Below are positions 22,717 to 34,767 of a stretch of 64,000 nt of DNA, in pieces. The stretch is taken from assembly GCA_907165135.1 (NCBI GenBank), contig OU015566.1, positions 8,246,001 through 8,310,000 on the forward strand, written 5' to 3'. The translations under genes and the position numbers were made by a program. Each line of letters starts with the position of its first letter. The stretch's first letter is position 1. The notes under the pieces were generated by a model, which saw only the letters and a list, made by a program, of their open reading frames with translations, was not told the DNA's origin and ran no database searches. This DNA is from Oikopleura dioica. Its lineage: Eukaryota; Animalia; Chordata.

Positions 22717-23274
22717 TTAATCAAAATCGATCTCAACTTGATCAGGCGCAGTTGGGTACGGTGTTTTCGGTGGGGGAGGTCTTGGTGGTGGACCCTGGGA
22801 AACTTCGGACGTCACTGAGGGATAGATTGACGGTAAAGTCAAGGTTGATCTTGTCGGCTGGCTAGATGTGATAGACTCCTTCATCATAAGTTCCGAATTC
22901 GTTTGTTCGTATTGATGGGACATCGATCTGTTGATCCAATCTTCTAAGTTTCCCGTTGAGATGGTCGAATGTTGAATTTTGAGGCTCATTCGTCTCTTTA
23001 GCTTAATTTTGCTAGAAAAAAATAGCATTTTATTTCCATATTACCTCTGATCTATCCTTTCCTTTGCATCTGTACCACAAGGATTTTATCTTCAAGCCAA
23101 TAATCGAAAGGCAGAAGGAACAGCAAAGCCTAAAACTCATAGGGACACATCTTTTGTCATGCAACTTTACTTGTGAACAATCCAAACGAGCTTGCACCAC
23201 TCCCAGCAACCTTCTTTTTCCGAGACTCTTCTTTCACCATGTTTCCTCTTCTTCTTATTTCTTATTAGCCCCAT
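22717..23274 (-). CDS. Hypothetical 3-exon protein with Cys/Trp-rich hydrophobic segment and Pro-rich tail
   Basis: Manual splicing gives MGLIRNKKKRK..CWEWCKLVWIVHKLCCSFCLSIIGL..PPPRPPPPKTPYP..DFD*. Confidence 0.45.
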
Positions 23275-23527
23275 TCAGATAAAACTAACAACCGCCGATC
23301 CAACTAGTTTTGCATAAAAATTGCATTTTGAGTATAACAATTATTCTAGAGACGGCATTAAAGACCGAATAACAATTACCAGTCATAAGGCTTTGACAGC
23401 TAGCCTTGACAGCTATCGTGAAATTCTATGTCGCAATTCGACAAATCATAAGGAAAATATTTACTCTCGGACCTCTTGAATTTGTTTCTGCGGGTGATCG
23501 CGGCGGGACTTAAAATTTAGCTTGAAG

Positions 23528-25114
23528 ATGACGAAGAGAGGACTTTCTGGGATAGAGAATGAGCTCAATGACGCTGGTGCTACAGGAAAGTAAAAAATCC
23601 TTGTAAATATGAGTTCCTTTAGCTCAACAACTATCTTTATTTTCAAAAGTTTGCTTTGCTTCCATTATTGAACTGCATGAGGCACTCGCCCATGATCGAA
23701 TGTCAGATGCATGGAAAAAGACTCGTTCAACCGAGCCATTTTTGCGATCAAGAAGTGAAGACAAATTTGTAACAACTGTCCCGCTTGTATCATGTCAAGG
23801 AAGAGCTCGCAAGTGTGAAAAGTACAAGTTGTGTCGATGATAATTCGAGCTCTTTGGAGGTCCAATTTTCATTGAAAATGAAAATTTCCATCAGTTTTTC
23901 AAGGAAGCGTCAAACTGCTCATATGATGAGATGAATAAATCCGCGGTACCAGCTGATCTCCTTGTTGTATCTGACCCCAAGACAGCTCATTCTGTTGGAT
24001 TAATCATCCGACTGCCCCATTCGGTAGCGGATGGGACCTCGATGTTGATTATTCTTCACCGAATATTGTCTTTCTATGATCATCCTGAACAAAATGTGGA
24101 AGTTAATGAGGTCCTCCCTGAGCCAGCAGAGGAATTACTTCCAGATATAACAGTGTAGGCTTCAAAAATTTTCTGCATTCAAATCATAAAAAAAAATCAT
24201 AAGCCATTGAGAGACGAACAAAAGAAAGCATTTCTTGAGAGATATCATGGTGAAATCATTAACTTCAAGAACGTTGTTCCGCATCATAAGTACGAAGAGA
24301 GACCGGTCAAATTCTTCAAGAGCCAAAGTAAACCAGTCGAGTATGAGGTCACATGCGGAAAAGGCTCTTTATCTGCACCAAAACGGCTTTTGGAATTCTG
24401 TCGGCAACATGGTATTACCATCGGCACTTATTTAATAGCATCAATCGCATTTATCAACTCAAAGATGACAGGAGATGCTTCAAAAGAGCTGAAAATGGAT
24501 GTTGACTACAACCTTCGCGATCGTTTCCCCAAGAAGCTTGGAAAGACAACTGTTGCTTGCTACATCGGCTGGCCTTCCCTCAAACCCGAGGCAGAGCTCA
24601 ATGAAACGCTTCTCCAGACTGCACAAAAGGCAAGTCGAAACATAAAGAGTCAAATTGAGAATCATGAACATCACATGTGGCGAGAGATCGAAGATCTATG
24701 GGAAGAACACGAGGAGGAGTATCAAAAGGTCTCCTACAGAAACAACGGAATAAGTAAAGTCCTCTCTCGTAACCCTGTGGTCTATTTTCAGCATCGTCGA
24801 TAAATTTCTCAAACGTCGGACGATATCCTTTCGGGATTAACTACGACGTCAGTAAAGTGAGAGAGCTGTACTGCACGGGTCACAGCTGGGGCGCCTGGTT
24901 CGAGTATTGCATACTTTTTCAGACGACTGATAGGATCTGCATCACCGTTAGTCATTTATCAACCAAGGAACATAATGAAGCTGGTAAGTAAACGACATCA
25001 ATTGATTTACTAGTAAAAATTCCAGCACAAAATTACGTGGAGAAACTCATCGAATTCACAGAATCGCCACAATCCTTTGCTGAACTAACGCTAGAAAAAT
25101 ATATGAACGAGTAA
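23528..25114 (+). CDS. CoA-dependent acyltransferase of the condensation-domain / alcohol acetyltransferase / PapA5 superfamily
   Basis: N-terminal RGLSGIE, AWKKTRSTEPFLR, catalytic HSVADG (HxxxDG), DVDYNLRDR, VACYIG and SNVGRYPF; spliceosomal introns. Confidence 0.75.
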
Positions 25115-25722
25115 ATTAAATTCTCTGAATGCGAAAAATGCAAGCAGGGGCAGTGCACAATGCAATGATCTGATTCATTCCTTTTATTAGTCTGGCTTAT
25201 TCGCAATGTGGCAGAGGTACTAGAGGGATTACTTTGATCACTCCTCAACTCTGAGTAATTGACACCTGGAGCTCTTCGAGTTCAACTAACTCTCTAAAAT
25301 CCACTTCTCGATTTTCGATCGATTGTTTCTAGAGAGAGAAGCACGCTCACCGCTCACGACTCCTGAGCACGAAGGTTGAGCAGACAGACGGAAACATGGC
25401 GCGCAGAATCAGCACATTTTTGGATGAGCACGGCATCCCCACCTCGGTGCCAATGAAGATCATTGACGCCTGGGAGCAAGTCGACATGCCTGAGCCATGA
25501 GCGGGTTAATTTTCTTGAGCAGAAATGACATTCCAAATATAAACGAGCAATATAAGAACACAATTCCGTAGATAGTATTAATTAAAGAGGTGTGAGGTAG
25601 CAGTTGAACTTTGATCCAACAGGTGGCCAATAAATTGAAAGGAGATTTTTCGACCGATCAATCTTGGCAGGAATCCTTTACGGTAAAGGCTTTACCTATA
25701 AATTCATAACAAACGCCCATAA

Positions 25723-28357
25723 ATGCTTAACCCAGTAAAGAGCCGGGCATCTATCCCAAGAAGAATGTCAGTCGAAGAAATCGCTGGAATCATTGACAAA
25801 TGCTTGGACGAATCCGCCAACAAGCAACGAAGCTCTGTTTTCAGCCGAGAAACAATTTCGCGAGATCAAATCATGAGGTCTGCTGAAGACTTGGCGAAAA
25901 TCATCAATGGAGCACTCGAAAGTGATAATGATATGAAAGCAATGTCTTATGATGATCTCGCTCGATTTTTGATGGCTTCCTGCTCCACCGACAATATTAT
26001 TTTTGATGATGATGAACAGCAGGTCTTGTTTAAAAATTTTAAAGGGAGCTGACGTAAAAAATAACATAGGACCCTCTTCAAGAAGACGATCTTGACATTT
26101 GGCGAGGACTTCCTCAGCAGAAGCTCTCTACTTCTCAAGTTCCCGCTGTTGTTACGGATTTTAAAGAGAAATTGATCAATGACCATTTATGTATCTTACT
26201 TAGTGATGCTTTTGAAACTAAAATCTGGTAGGAAATCCGATTTATAGCTCAGGTCTGTTCTGCTATTTCTGAGCTCTCATCGACTCTTGGAGATCTTGAA
26301 ACTACTTTTACAAAAGTAAGGTCCGATGAGTTAAAATTTGACTACCTGTTTCTCAGAAAATGGAGCAGTTCATCATCGAGCGACCTGAAGTTTCCAACCA
26401 TGTCAGCACCTTGAAGGCGGATCTCTCCGACATGATTCAGGCCCTCTCTGGCACTTTGAGTAACGTCCCCAACCCTGATGAGAAAGAAGTTGAAGCTGCT
26501 ATTGAAAATGAGGTAACTTTATATATTTAAGGACTTCAACTCATGATTAAAGCAAGTCTAGCCTATCTCTTGATCTGGCTGCATAAAAGAGCGTCCTCAA
26601 CATGGGGACGTATCTGTCTCATAAAAAGCCCCTAAATCTACATCTTTCAAAGAGAATGAGTCAAATGAGTCCTAAAAGTCTGTTACAAATTTATCAAGTT
26701 AATTAGGGCCAGGTGATAACAGTAGTGCCCCTAGCAGCAGAAAACTGTCTTCGCCACTCAAGAGTTTTTTTTGTATTCCTTATGAAAGTATCTTGGCATT
26801 AACATTTCTCCTCATAGCTTCACAACTGGGAGACTCGTCGAATCAAGGAGGAGTTTATCAGAGAGGAGCGACACCAAGTGGAGCAGCTCAACAAGCAGAA
26901 GAAGCGCCAAAAAGAGCTTGAAGAAAGCCGAGTAAGTAGTCTCTGGTTATTTTTTCTCTATTTGCATCTGGGTTTGAAGCAAGCACTAGGGGATCTTACG
27001 AGCTCCAGCTGCAAGACCTAACACCAATTGTACAACAGAAAGGAAACGATTCACACAGCGAACTTTTTTATGATCTGAAGACGTGATTTACGCCTTCAGG
27101 CTTCATCCGTAGGCACTATCAACCCGGGTCTATTTTTTCGAGGCCCCAATCAAAGTGGCCATCAGATTTTCAGCCCTTTTTCAGAGCGACGAAATAGAGA
27201 GCATGGACGAGAGACCAAGCGTTGCCCTTCCACCAAGTAATGATTGCACCCTTTTAGTGCCTAGCTAATAGTCTTACTCAGCCGCTGCTGGCCGAAAGTC
27301 CGAAGTCGGCGACAAGAGAAAGTCCGTTCGTCGATCGCGAGCTGAGGGGCGCACTTCTACAACTGAAAGATCTGGCTCAATTATTCGCCGGAGAAAGACC
27401 TCTACTGGTAAGTAAGAGACAAGTTTTTCGGAAAAGAGAACTCATTTTAGGACGACGAGTTGGCTCTTCTATCAGACTCAAGATTCCTGATGACAAAGTC
27501 GATGTAAGTAGCATTCCTCTCTTCAAAAACTATTCCTTACCAAGGCGGAAGAAAAGACTCCAGACGGACCCGTTACTAACGAGCAGTATCTCCTCGCTGC
27601 TGTCGAGAACCGACCAAAGACTATTCAGAAGTTTATTGAGCAAGGCGGCTCTGTTAATACTGTCGATGAGGTAAGGGGAAACTAGGGTTATTTTAAGATA
27701 ATGAGATGATCGTTAATTTTAGTGCAAACGATCAGCACTTCATCGAGCTGCTCTTTATGGAAGCATGGATTGCGTGACTCTCCTTTCCAGAAACAAAGTC
27801 AAAATGAACTTGCAAGACAAGGTGAAGTCCTGCTAGAAACTAGTGTTCACAAACTGTTAAAAGCTCGGAGATACTGCTCTTCACTGGGCTTGCCGCGGAG
27901 GTGACCTGCAAATCGTCAAATACCTTGTCGACAACGGTGCCAAAGTCAACGCAAAAGATAAGGTAAGAACTAGGGCTATCGGAAGTTTAAAAAGCCAATT
28001 AAACTTTTTAGCTTTTTCGACTCCTCTTCACGTCGCTGTCCGAGTAGGTGTTCAGGAAATCATCGAGTTCCTCTGTGAACACGGAGCTGATATCAATGCA
28101 AAGGATAGAGAAGGTATCAACTTTTAAAAAATCATTTCTCAATAAGAATCAAAGGTGACACTCCAATGCACGATGCTGTCCGACTTGGCCGATACCGAAT
28201 CGTCAAATCTTTGATTCTCTACGGTGCGAACCTGCGAGTGAAGAATCAGCAAGGAAAGACCCCTGTCGACATGGTTCAGCTTTGGTACAAAGATACTGCA
28301 CAGGCTCTCTCCGGAAACAACGAAGCCAGAAAGGAATGGTGCAAATTCATTTATTAA
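25723..28357 (+). CDS. Muscle ankyrin repeat protein (ANKRD1/2/23 family) with long N-terminus; 5' boundary uncertain
   Basis: [57 protein letters not shown] match the MARP C-terminus. Confidence 0.8.
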
Positions 28358-29030
28358 TTATAAAGCATTATCTACTGCATTCGCAATGTGCACCTCCGAA
28401 AGAAAAACTCCGTTGCTGTAAAAATGACCGACCTGATCAACGAGCAGCTCGCCGCCGGCCAGTGAAAATTGTTTTATATTATAAACGATTTATATTTCAA
28501 AATTTCTACTGTATAAGTTATCACGTAACCTAAATGTTCTCTCCATGTACAATTATCTATTTTCAGTCTTCATAATAAACAAGAACAGACATTTGTGAGA
28601 ATGGCACGGAATGTGGCAATTTTCAACTAGATGATGATGTAGGTCGATTCTTTATTCTGGTGAATGAAATTCCTACAGTTGAACATGTCGGGAGTATACA
28701 TGTAAATTGAGCTCTAGCGCCGCCTACTTGTTAGAATAGGAGACGATATAACATGAGCACGAGAGGGTGAAAAGCTAGTGTGCAGGAAAAGGAACAGGAA
28801 CGCACGGTAGTGTACGTTTATTCACATGGAAACTGTATGGTTTGTTTTTGGGCTGACACTAGTGGGCAGTTGAAAGGGCACAGTTTGAAAGGGAGCAGAG
28901 TTTTCTTAGAGTGAAAAATCCGGTGCCCAAAAATGATGAGAATACAAATTATTACTTTTTTGAACCTTATAACTTGGACAAAGATTAGTTACTGATAGTG
29001 GTCAGAATTCAAGTTCTAGCGCAGCTCAAG

Positions 29031-30981
29031 TTATTTCTTCTGAGGTGCACCTCCGCGTCCACCACGTCGATACTGACCAGAAACGCCTCTTGGACCGCCG
29101 CCGTTTACTCGCTGACCGCGATTGTGGCCATCGCCTTCGCCTGAAAATGAAATGGTTAGGAAATGGGTTGGAATCTGTTGAATCCACCATTAACACGATT
29201 TCCACCTTGAAAACTTCTCTGGTATCTCTGACTGTTTTTGTAGCTGTAGTTTCCGCCAGATGATCCACCGCGGTAGCTTTTCTGAGCAGGGAGTTGTTGC
29301 TGCCAGGTGAGGTTGTCTTTTTGGTCCTCAGTTGGTGGGGGCGAGTGCTGGGGCTGGTACTGTTGAGGGGGCGCTTGCCTCTGCTGTTGTGGGCGCTGGG
29401 CAGCGGGGTTTGGTGGTGGCTGAGTGAATTCAGACGCACGGTTCGTGTAATTGCTCTCTTGACGGGCTGAGGGCTGTTGTTGTTGATGCTGAAGGTTAGC
29501 AGGAGCTTGGTGGCTTTGCATCTGATGTTGCTGCTGTTGTTGCTGCTGCTGCTGGAGTTGATGCTGAGCCTGGAGTTGTTGAGATGAAGAAGACGGAGCG
29601 ACGGGTTCTGGGGCAGCGGGTTCTTGAGCAAATCCTTGAACGGTGCTATTGTAGTCGAAGCCAAAAGAAATGCCTTGGGGTGCAGGCTCTTCAGGCTCTT
29701 GTTCTTCCACTGGAACATCAGCAGGAGCAAGGAAGTTGAATCCACTCGAAACTTCTACAAGGATCTCCTACAAGATTGTGTAGGTTTACCTTGTTGGTTT
29801 AAGGTGGATTACCTGAATCTGTTGTTCCTCGCCGTAGACTTCTCGGTTGACAAATTCAAGGGGGGTTTGAACTTGTGGCATCGGGATGTTCTCAAGCGAG
29901 GGTTGCTGAAAGTCAAGGGAATCGAGGGTTGGTGGGTCGCGTTGTTCAGTCTCGTTGTTTGCCGCCTCGACGACTTCTTCTTTCGAGACCTCGACGTATT
30001 CATCATCGATTTGCGATACTTCATCTGCTAGAATTTCAATTAATGAAAAGGAGAAAGCTTATTTTACCGTTGACAACAACAGGTGAAGACACCTCTGTAT
30101 CTCCACCGTTTTCGTACGTTTCGTCCTCGGGAAGTTGCTCGTGTCCGTTTTCCTCGCCATCGACGTTTTCGTCGATCGTCTCGTCAGGAGTAGTTTGGTC
30201 GTCGTACTCGGGAACGGGGTTGTACTTTGGTCGGATGGAATCAAGAGTATCTAGTGAAAGTGATAAGTTTGATGACGAGCTGATGATTTTATACCTCGAA
30301 CTTGCTTGTAAGTAACAGGACCATCATCAGTCGAGAACACTTCGGCATCGGCTTTGTCCTCGTCGAAGATATCAACAAGAAGCTTGGCGGTGTCGGCGGA
30401 GCAGTCAGCAAGGTGAACTCCAGGACTGGGACTGAAGAGCGTTTGGTCTCGGAGCGGAGAGACAGATGGCTCCTCATGAGCTTCTGGGAGATGCATCAGC
30501 TAAAAAAAATGATTCAAAGGGAGATTTAATGAGACGTTTACCGTCAAGGTTTCGATTGCTCGTGCCATCAGGTCCATTTTTTCCTGTTGCTGCTTGATTT
30601 GCTCCCGTCGGTTGCGCTTCTTTCGCTCTTTCTTGACTGAATTCTCGAGTCCCGTCAGGTGCCCCGTGATTTCAGTAGCGAAAGTGAGCATGCCAATTAC
30701 TTCTCCGTACTTTGCGACTATAAGAATAGCGATAAAAAAGACTCGAGAATGAAATGACTTACTAGCTTCGTGCTGATCATTGTTGAGTTTATCACCCTTC
30801 GCCAGTTTTGCCTTGTATCCGTCGAGTTTCTCTTTTCGCTTCTCCAAGTTTCGGATTTTTCTTTTCACGTGATCCGAGACGTATTTAAACGGATCTGTCA
30901 TGATCACGTCCATTTCTTGCTCAGTAGCTTTTACTTAAAAGAATAAATTTGATACAATGAAAGAGCAGTATTTCTCACCAT
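29031..30981 (-). CDS. CAPRIN1: Caprin family RNA-granule protein
   Basis: KRKIRNLEKRKEKLDGYK..LNNDQHEA|VAKYGEV (HR1 domain), Q/P-rich middle, RGG tail RRGGRGGAPQKK*. Confidence 0.9.
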
Positions 30982-31367
30982 TATTGCTCTGGCTAGAAGC
31001 AGGGCGAACGACCATATTTCAACTGTTTTTCCTCTTCTCGAAAACCTCTCTAAAACAAAGATGATGAGCGAAATCAACAAAAGATCGAAGAAAGAAAAAG
31101 GGAACAATGCATGTTCTTGGCAGTGGAGTGTTTGTTATAAGTCGGCAAAGGACACGTTTCATAACAAGTTTGTGTCGTTATTTCGAAAGTATGAATAAAT
31201 CTAGAGTACGAGTTTACTCTTTTAGAAATTTTGGAGTTCTAGTTTCAACACGGGTCATTTCTAAAAAGGATTATTTCAATTGACTTTTTTTCTTTAGAAA
31301 ATATAAATTTTGACAACAGAGTAGAAAAATAGCGTAAAAAGGAACAATTGTAATGAAGTTTGTGTAT

Positions 31368-31979
31368 CTAAGCAGCGATTCGTCGTTCGGCACGGTCCTG
31401 GACCTCGGTTTCGACCTTGACACATTTGCGTAAAAACTTGCCGAATTTCGATTTTGTCGTTTCAATATCGCTCAGGACGTCTAATTGTTGTACGTCAGGG
31501 ATGACGGTGTTGGTCACTTTAGGGCCGCCTTCTTTGTTTATCTAATTGACAAAAACATAATTAATTTTGGGTAACAAAGGAACTTACCCAGAGTAGGCTC
31601 TGTTCAGGCTGGATGTGGCTGCTCTCGACAAAATAATCAACAAATGACTCGATACTCGTATCTCGTGAGAAGATGATGACGCCACCGCACGAGTGAAGAA
31701 ATGATGGCCATATCTTTTCTAAAAGAGAATTCAGCTAATCAGAAGTTGAACTCACATCCTACCTTGGTCGGGGTCTCCCGAGCAATCCCACAGTTCAACA
31801 TCGATAGTTGTCTTGCTGTCGACCTCGTGCTCGAATTCAAGCACTCTCAGCGACGCAGTAGGTCTTCTATGTTCTAGTAGCTGCGCAGGATCCGAAAACT
31901 GTCCAGCAATCAAGTTGCAGAAAATCGTCTTGCCGGCATTTCGAGCGCCCAAAACACAGATCTTTATTTTCTCGGTCAT
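31368..31979 (-). CDS. IFT22: Intraflagellar transport 22 / Rab-like 5 GTPase
   Basis: KIKICVLGARNAGKT (P-loop), RPTASLRVLEFE, VELWDCSGD; C-terminal helix KFGKFLRKC..AERRIAA*. Confidence 0.85.
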
Positions 31980-32020
31980 TCTTAAACAGTCAAGGATCAG
32001 AGTCGATTTCTAACTCGAAG

Positions 32021-33754
32021 CTACTCGTCGTCTAAGAGCAGGTCGCTTCCTAACATGTTCGATATTGCACTAATAACGCGTTCGGCATTGGCACGACGTT
32101 GTTCGTCGTTCATCCCTTGACCCGCCGAGCGAGCTTGTTGAACAAGGCCGAGGATTTCGTTGAAATCGTCCTCGGCTTCAAGCATTTCCAAGAGATCATT
32201 TTGGCCACTGAAAGGATCACACAAGTCAGCTAGTTATTTACCAAACTAGGCTCAGGGGTGACCATTTGGGCATTGGGCATTTGGGCAAATCGGGCAATTT
32301 TCGGGCAAAAACGCTTTTGGGCGGGCATTTGGTCGGCTCAACGCCTGAAAATAGGCTGGGCAACATTGGAAAAGTCGGGCATTTGGGCATTTTCTGGGCA
32401 GTTGGGCACCATCGGGCAGTTGGGCAAATGCCCACCGGGGGAAATCATGAACGTGGGCGTTTTCCTGTCCGCTTATTGGTCGTTAAGCTCAGAAACAAGA
32501 AAAAAGATATAAGGAGAAGGTTCTGCAAGGGTGTGTGAAGTGGACCTCTATGGTTAGCTGTCTACCTTTGACCTCTTGATCCTTCTGTGAAATTATCCCT
32601 ACCCTTAACAACCAACCCCTTCTTTGCGGAGATGGTTCTGCAAGGGTGTGTGAAGTGGACCTTCATGGTTAGCTGTCTACCCTTGACCTCCAGATCCTTT
32701 TTATCCCTCATTTTTCCAAGTTGTAAATTCCAACCCCATTTTTGAACCTCTTTTTTTTCGAGACGGTTATGCAAGAGTGTGTGAAGTGGACCTTAATGGT
32801 TAGCTGTCTATTCTTGACAACCTGATCGATCTTTTACAAAATTATTTTTTAACCGCTTTTTAAATATATTTCAAACCTTCCAAATCTTCAACTGTAATAA
32901 ATTATAGAGAGAAATTTAAAAAATTAAAGTTTTACCAAGCCCGAAATGTCGGGAAAATTTTTGCCCGAAAAATTGCCCAATTGCCCGATTGGGCATTCTG
33001 GGCACATTGGACTGGTCGGGCATTTGGTCGGCCCGGGTCTTGATTTTTGGTATTGGGCGGGCAATTGGTCGGCCCGACGATGATTTTTTGCCCAAATGGT
33101 CACCCCTGACTAGGCTTACTTATTTTGTCCATTTTGAGAGTCAGGCTCGTTTAAATCCGTATCAGAAGACGTTTCAATCGGCCTCCCACTTGCAATGTAA
33201 GGATTTCCTGATTTCATAGTCGCCCCGGGCCAGATGGAGCTTTCTAGAGCCTCAAGAACACGCTCGGGTTCTTCCTCGATATCCACGATCTCGATCTGTT
33301 TTTATAGATATTCTTATTTCTCCTTGAAAGAAACAACAGCGTGGCGCTTTGTTTTCTAATAAATAATCCAATTTCCTGATTTGAAATGGCCCACTCATGC
33401 ATTTCTTTGGTTGGGTCGACCTTCGTGCAGAACAGGCGAACATCTGACTCTTGGAATGACTCGCTTTTGTCGGCGATCTCTTTGGCTTGGGAGAAGGAAT
33501 TGTAGAAAATAACACCATTAATCGGTAGCTCAGTTGAAGTTAGGGAAGTATCATTTTTGGACTTTAGAACTTGTACAGAAGCGGAGTAATATTTGGTTTC
33601 TGAATAAACAGCGATTCCTATGAGAAAGAAAGAGAAAGAAATTGATACCTAACGATAAGGTTGAAGAAGTATTGGTGTTGAGAAGGTTGGCGATTTCACC
33701 TTTCTCATCACCGTAAATGACTACTGCAGATGTTGGCGCTTCGATAGCGACCAT
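32021..33754 (-). CDS. AAGAB: Alpha- and gamma-adaptin-binding protein p34
   Basis: ETKYYSASV, EWAISNQ|IEIVD..ERVLEALESSIWP, C-terminal DEQRRANAERV. Confidence 0.8.
32253..33108. mobile_element. Non-autonomous hAT-type DNA transposon (MITE), 856 bp, in an AAGAB intron
   Basis: TIR CAGGGGTGACCATTTGGGCA / TGCCCAAATGGTCACCCCTG. 8-bp TSD ACTAGGCT at 32245-32252 and 33109-33116. Subterminal GGGCA/TGCCC arrays. Confidence 0.93.
32515..32830 (+). repeat. Three imperfect copies of a ~60-bp motif inside the MITE
   Basis: GCAAG(G/A)GTGTGTGAAGTGGACC..ATGGTTAGCTGTCTA near 32525, 32640 and 32771. Confidence 0.85.
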
Positions 33755-33804
33755 ATTTTCACTAAAGCGGATCATAAAACCCTTCGATTGTCTTGAAATT
33801 ACCT

Positions 33805-34125
33805 CTAGTCAGTCTTGAGTCCACGTGATTTCAAGTCTGTTCTCGCTTCCTCGATCTGTTTTTCAGCTCTTCCGCTGCTTCTGGGCAGTCTCGAAAAGTT
33901 CTGACTCTTTGAACAAGCGTAGCCAGCACCAAAACAGCTATAGAATCGATTAATTGGGCCTTACCCTTCATAAATCAGATTACCGATAACACCCACTGCG
34001 ACAAGTGGGGCGATGAGAATCTGCTCCTGCGTGAGACCAAAATTGGGAAGCTTGCCGATGAGAACGTTGTACCAGATTATGACGAGGGAAATTCCGGTCA
34101 GAAGCCACTCGGCCAATTTGGTCAT
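33805..34125 (-). CDS. DPM3: Dolichol-phosphate mannosyltransferase subunit 3 (apparent 1-nt frameshift in an A5 run; absent from the ORF track)
   Basis: MTKLAEWL..|..QRVRTFRDCPEAAEELK, then in the shifted frame QIEEARTDLKSRGLKTD*; one 46-nt intron. Confidence 0.88.
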
Positions 34126-34323
34126 CTGAAGTTGAAGAAACTTGAATCGTGTTTTCAGATATTTTATTTGATAAAACTATAGGAAGAAGCATATTGCACA
34201 GAAGTTGATGGTTTTAGGTAACTGTAAATGATGAATAATGCGAAATATATATCTAAATGTAAGATCAAATGGAACTCATTTGATGAACTTATTTTACAAG
34301 GCAAGAATATCTTTATTTATTAA

Positions 34324-34721
34324 ATATACAAAACTAAAGGGTGTAGAACTAACCCTGAAAAGGCACCGGCTAGATAACTCTAGAATCAGGGCGGGATAAG
34401 GGAAGTCTAGTGTACGGAGACCTAGACGAAGAGTGGATTCGACGGTATTGGGCTATTGACAGAAGTATAATTAATCCGATACAGAAGAAAAAGACGCCGT
34501 TGGATTTGGACTCGACAAAGTGAGAAGAGGGAGTTGTCTAAGAGACTTCCACGATCACCCAGACTGAGGCTTGAGTCTTCCTCTGATCTTCCGATTCTAC
34601 GAGTTATCACCGTCATAAGGTAAAACTGGTCGGAAGTATCATATTTACGATAACAAAAAATGACAAAGTCTAGAACTCTAACAAGGAGGCGCTGTTTTTG
34701 TGGGCCATTTTGGGTTCTTAT
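34324..34721 (-). repeat. Internally deleted duplicate of the ENTPD gene (3' end fused to 5' end); out-of-frame mini-pseudogene
   Basis: 34324-34536 equals 34722-34934, and 34537-34721 equals 36639-36823. Confidence 0.92.
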
Positions 34722-34767
34722 ATATACAAAACTAAAGGGTGTAGAACTAACCCTGAAAAGGCACCGG

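Noticed and set aside
29520-29580. CAG/CAA run
   Set aside because: Ordinary poly-Gln tract within Caprin.
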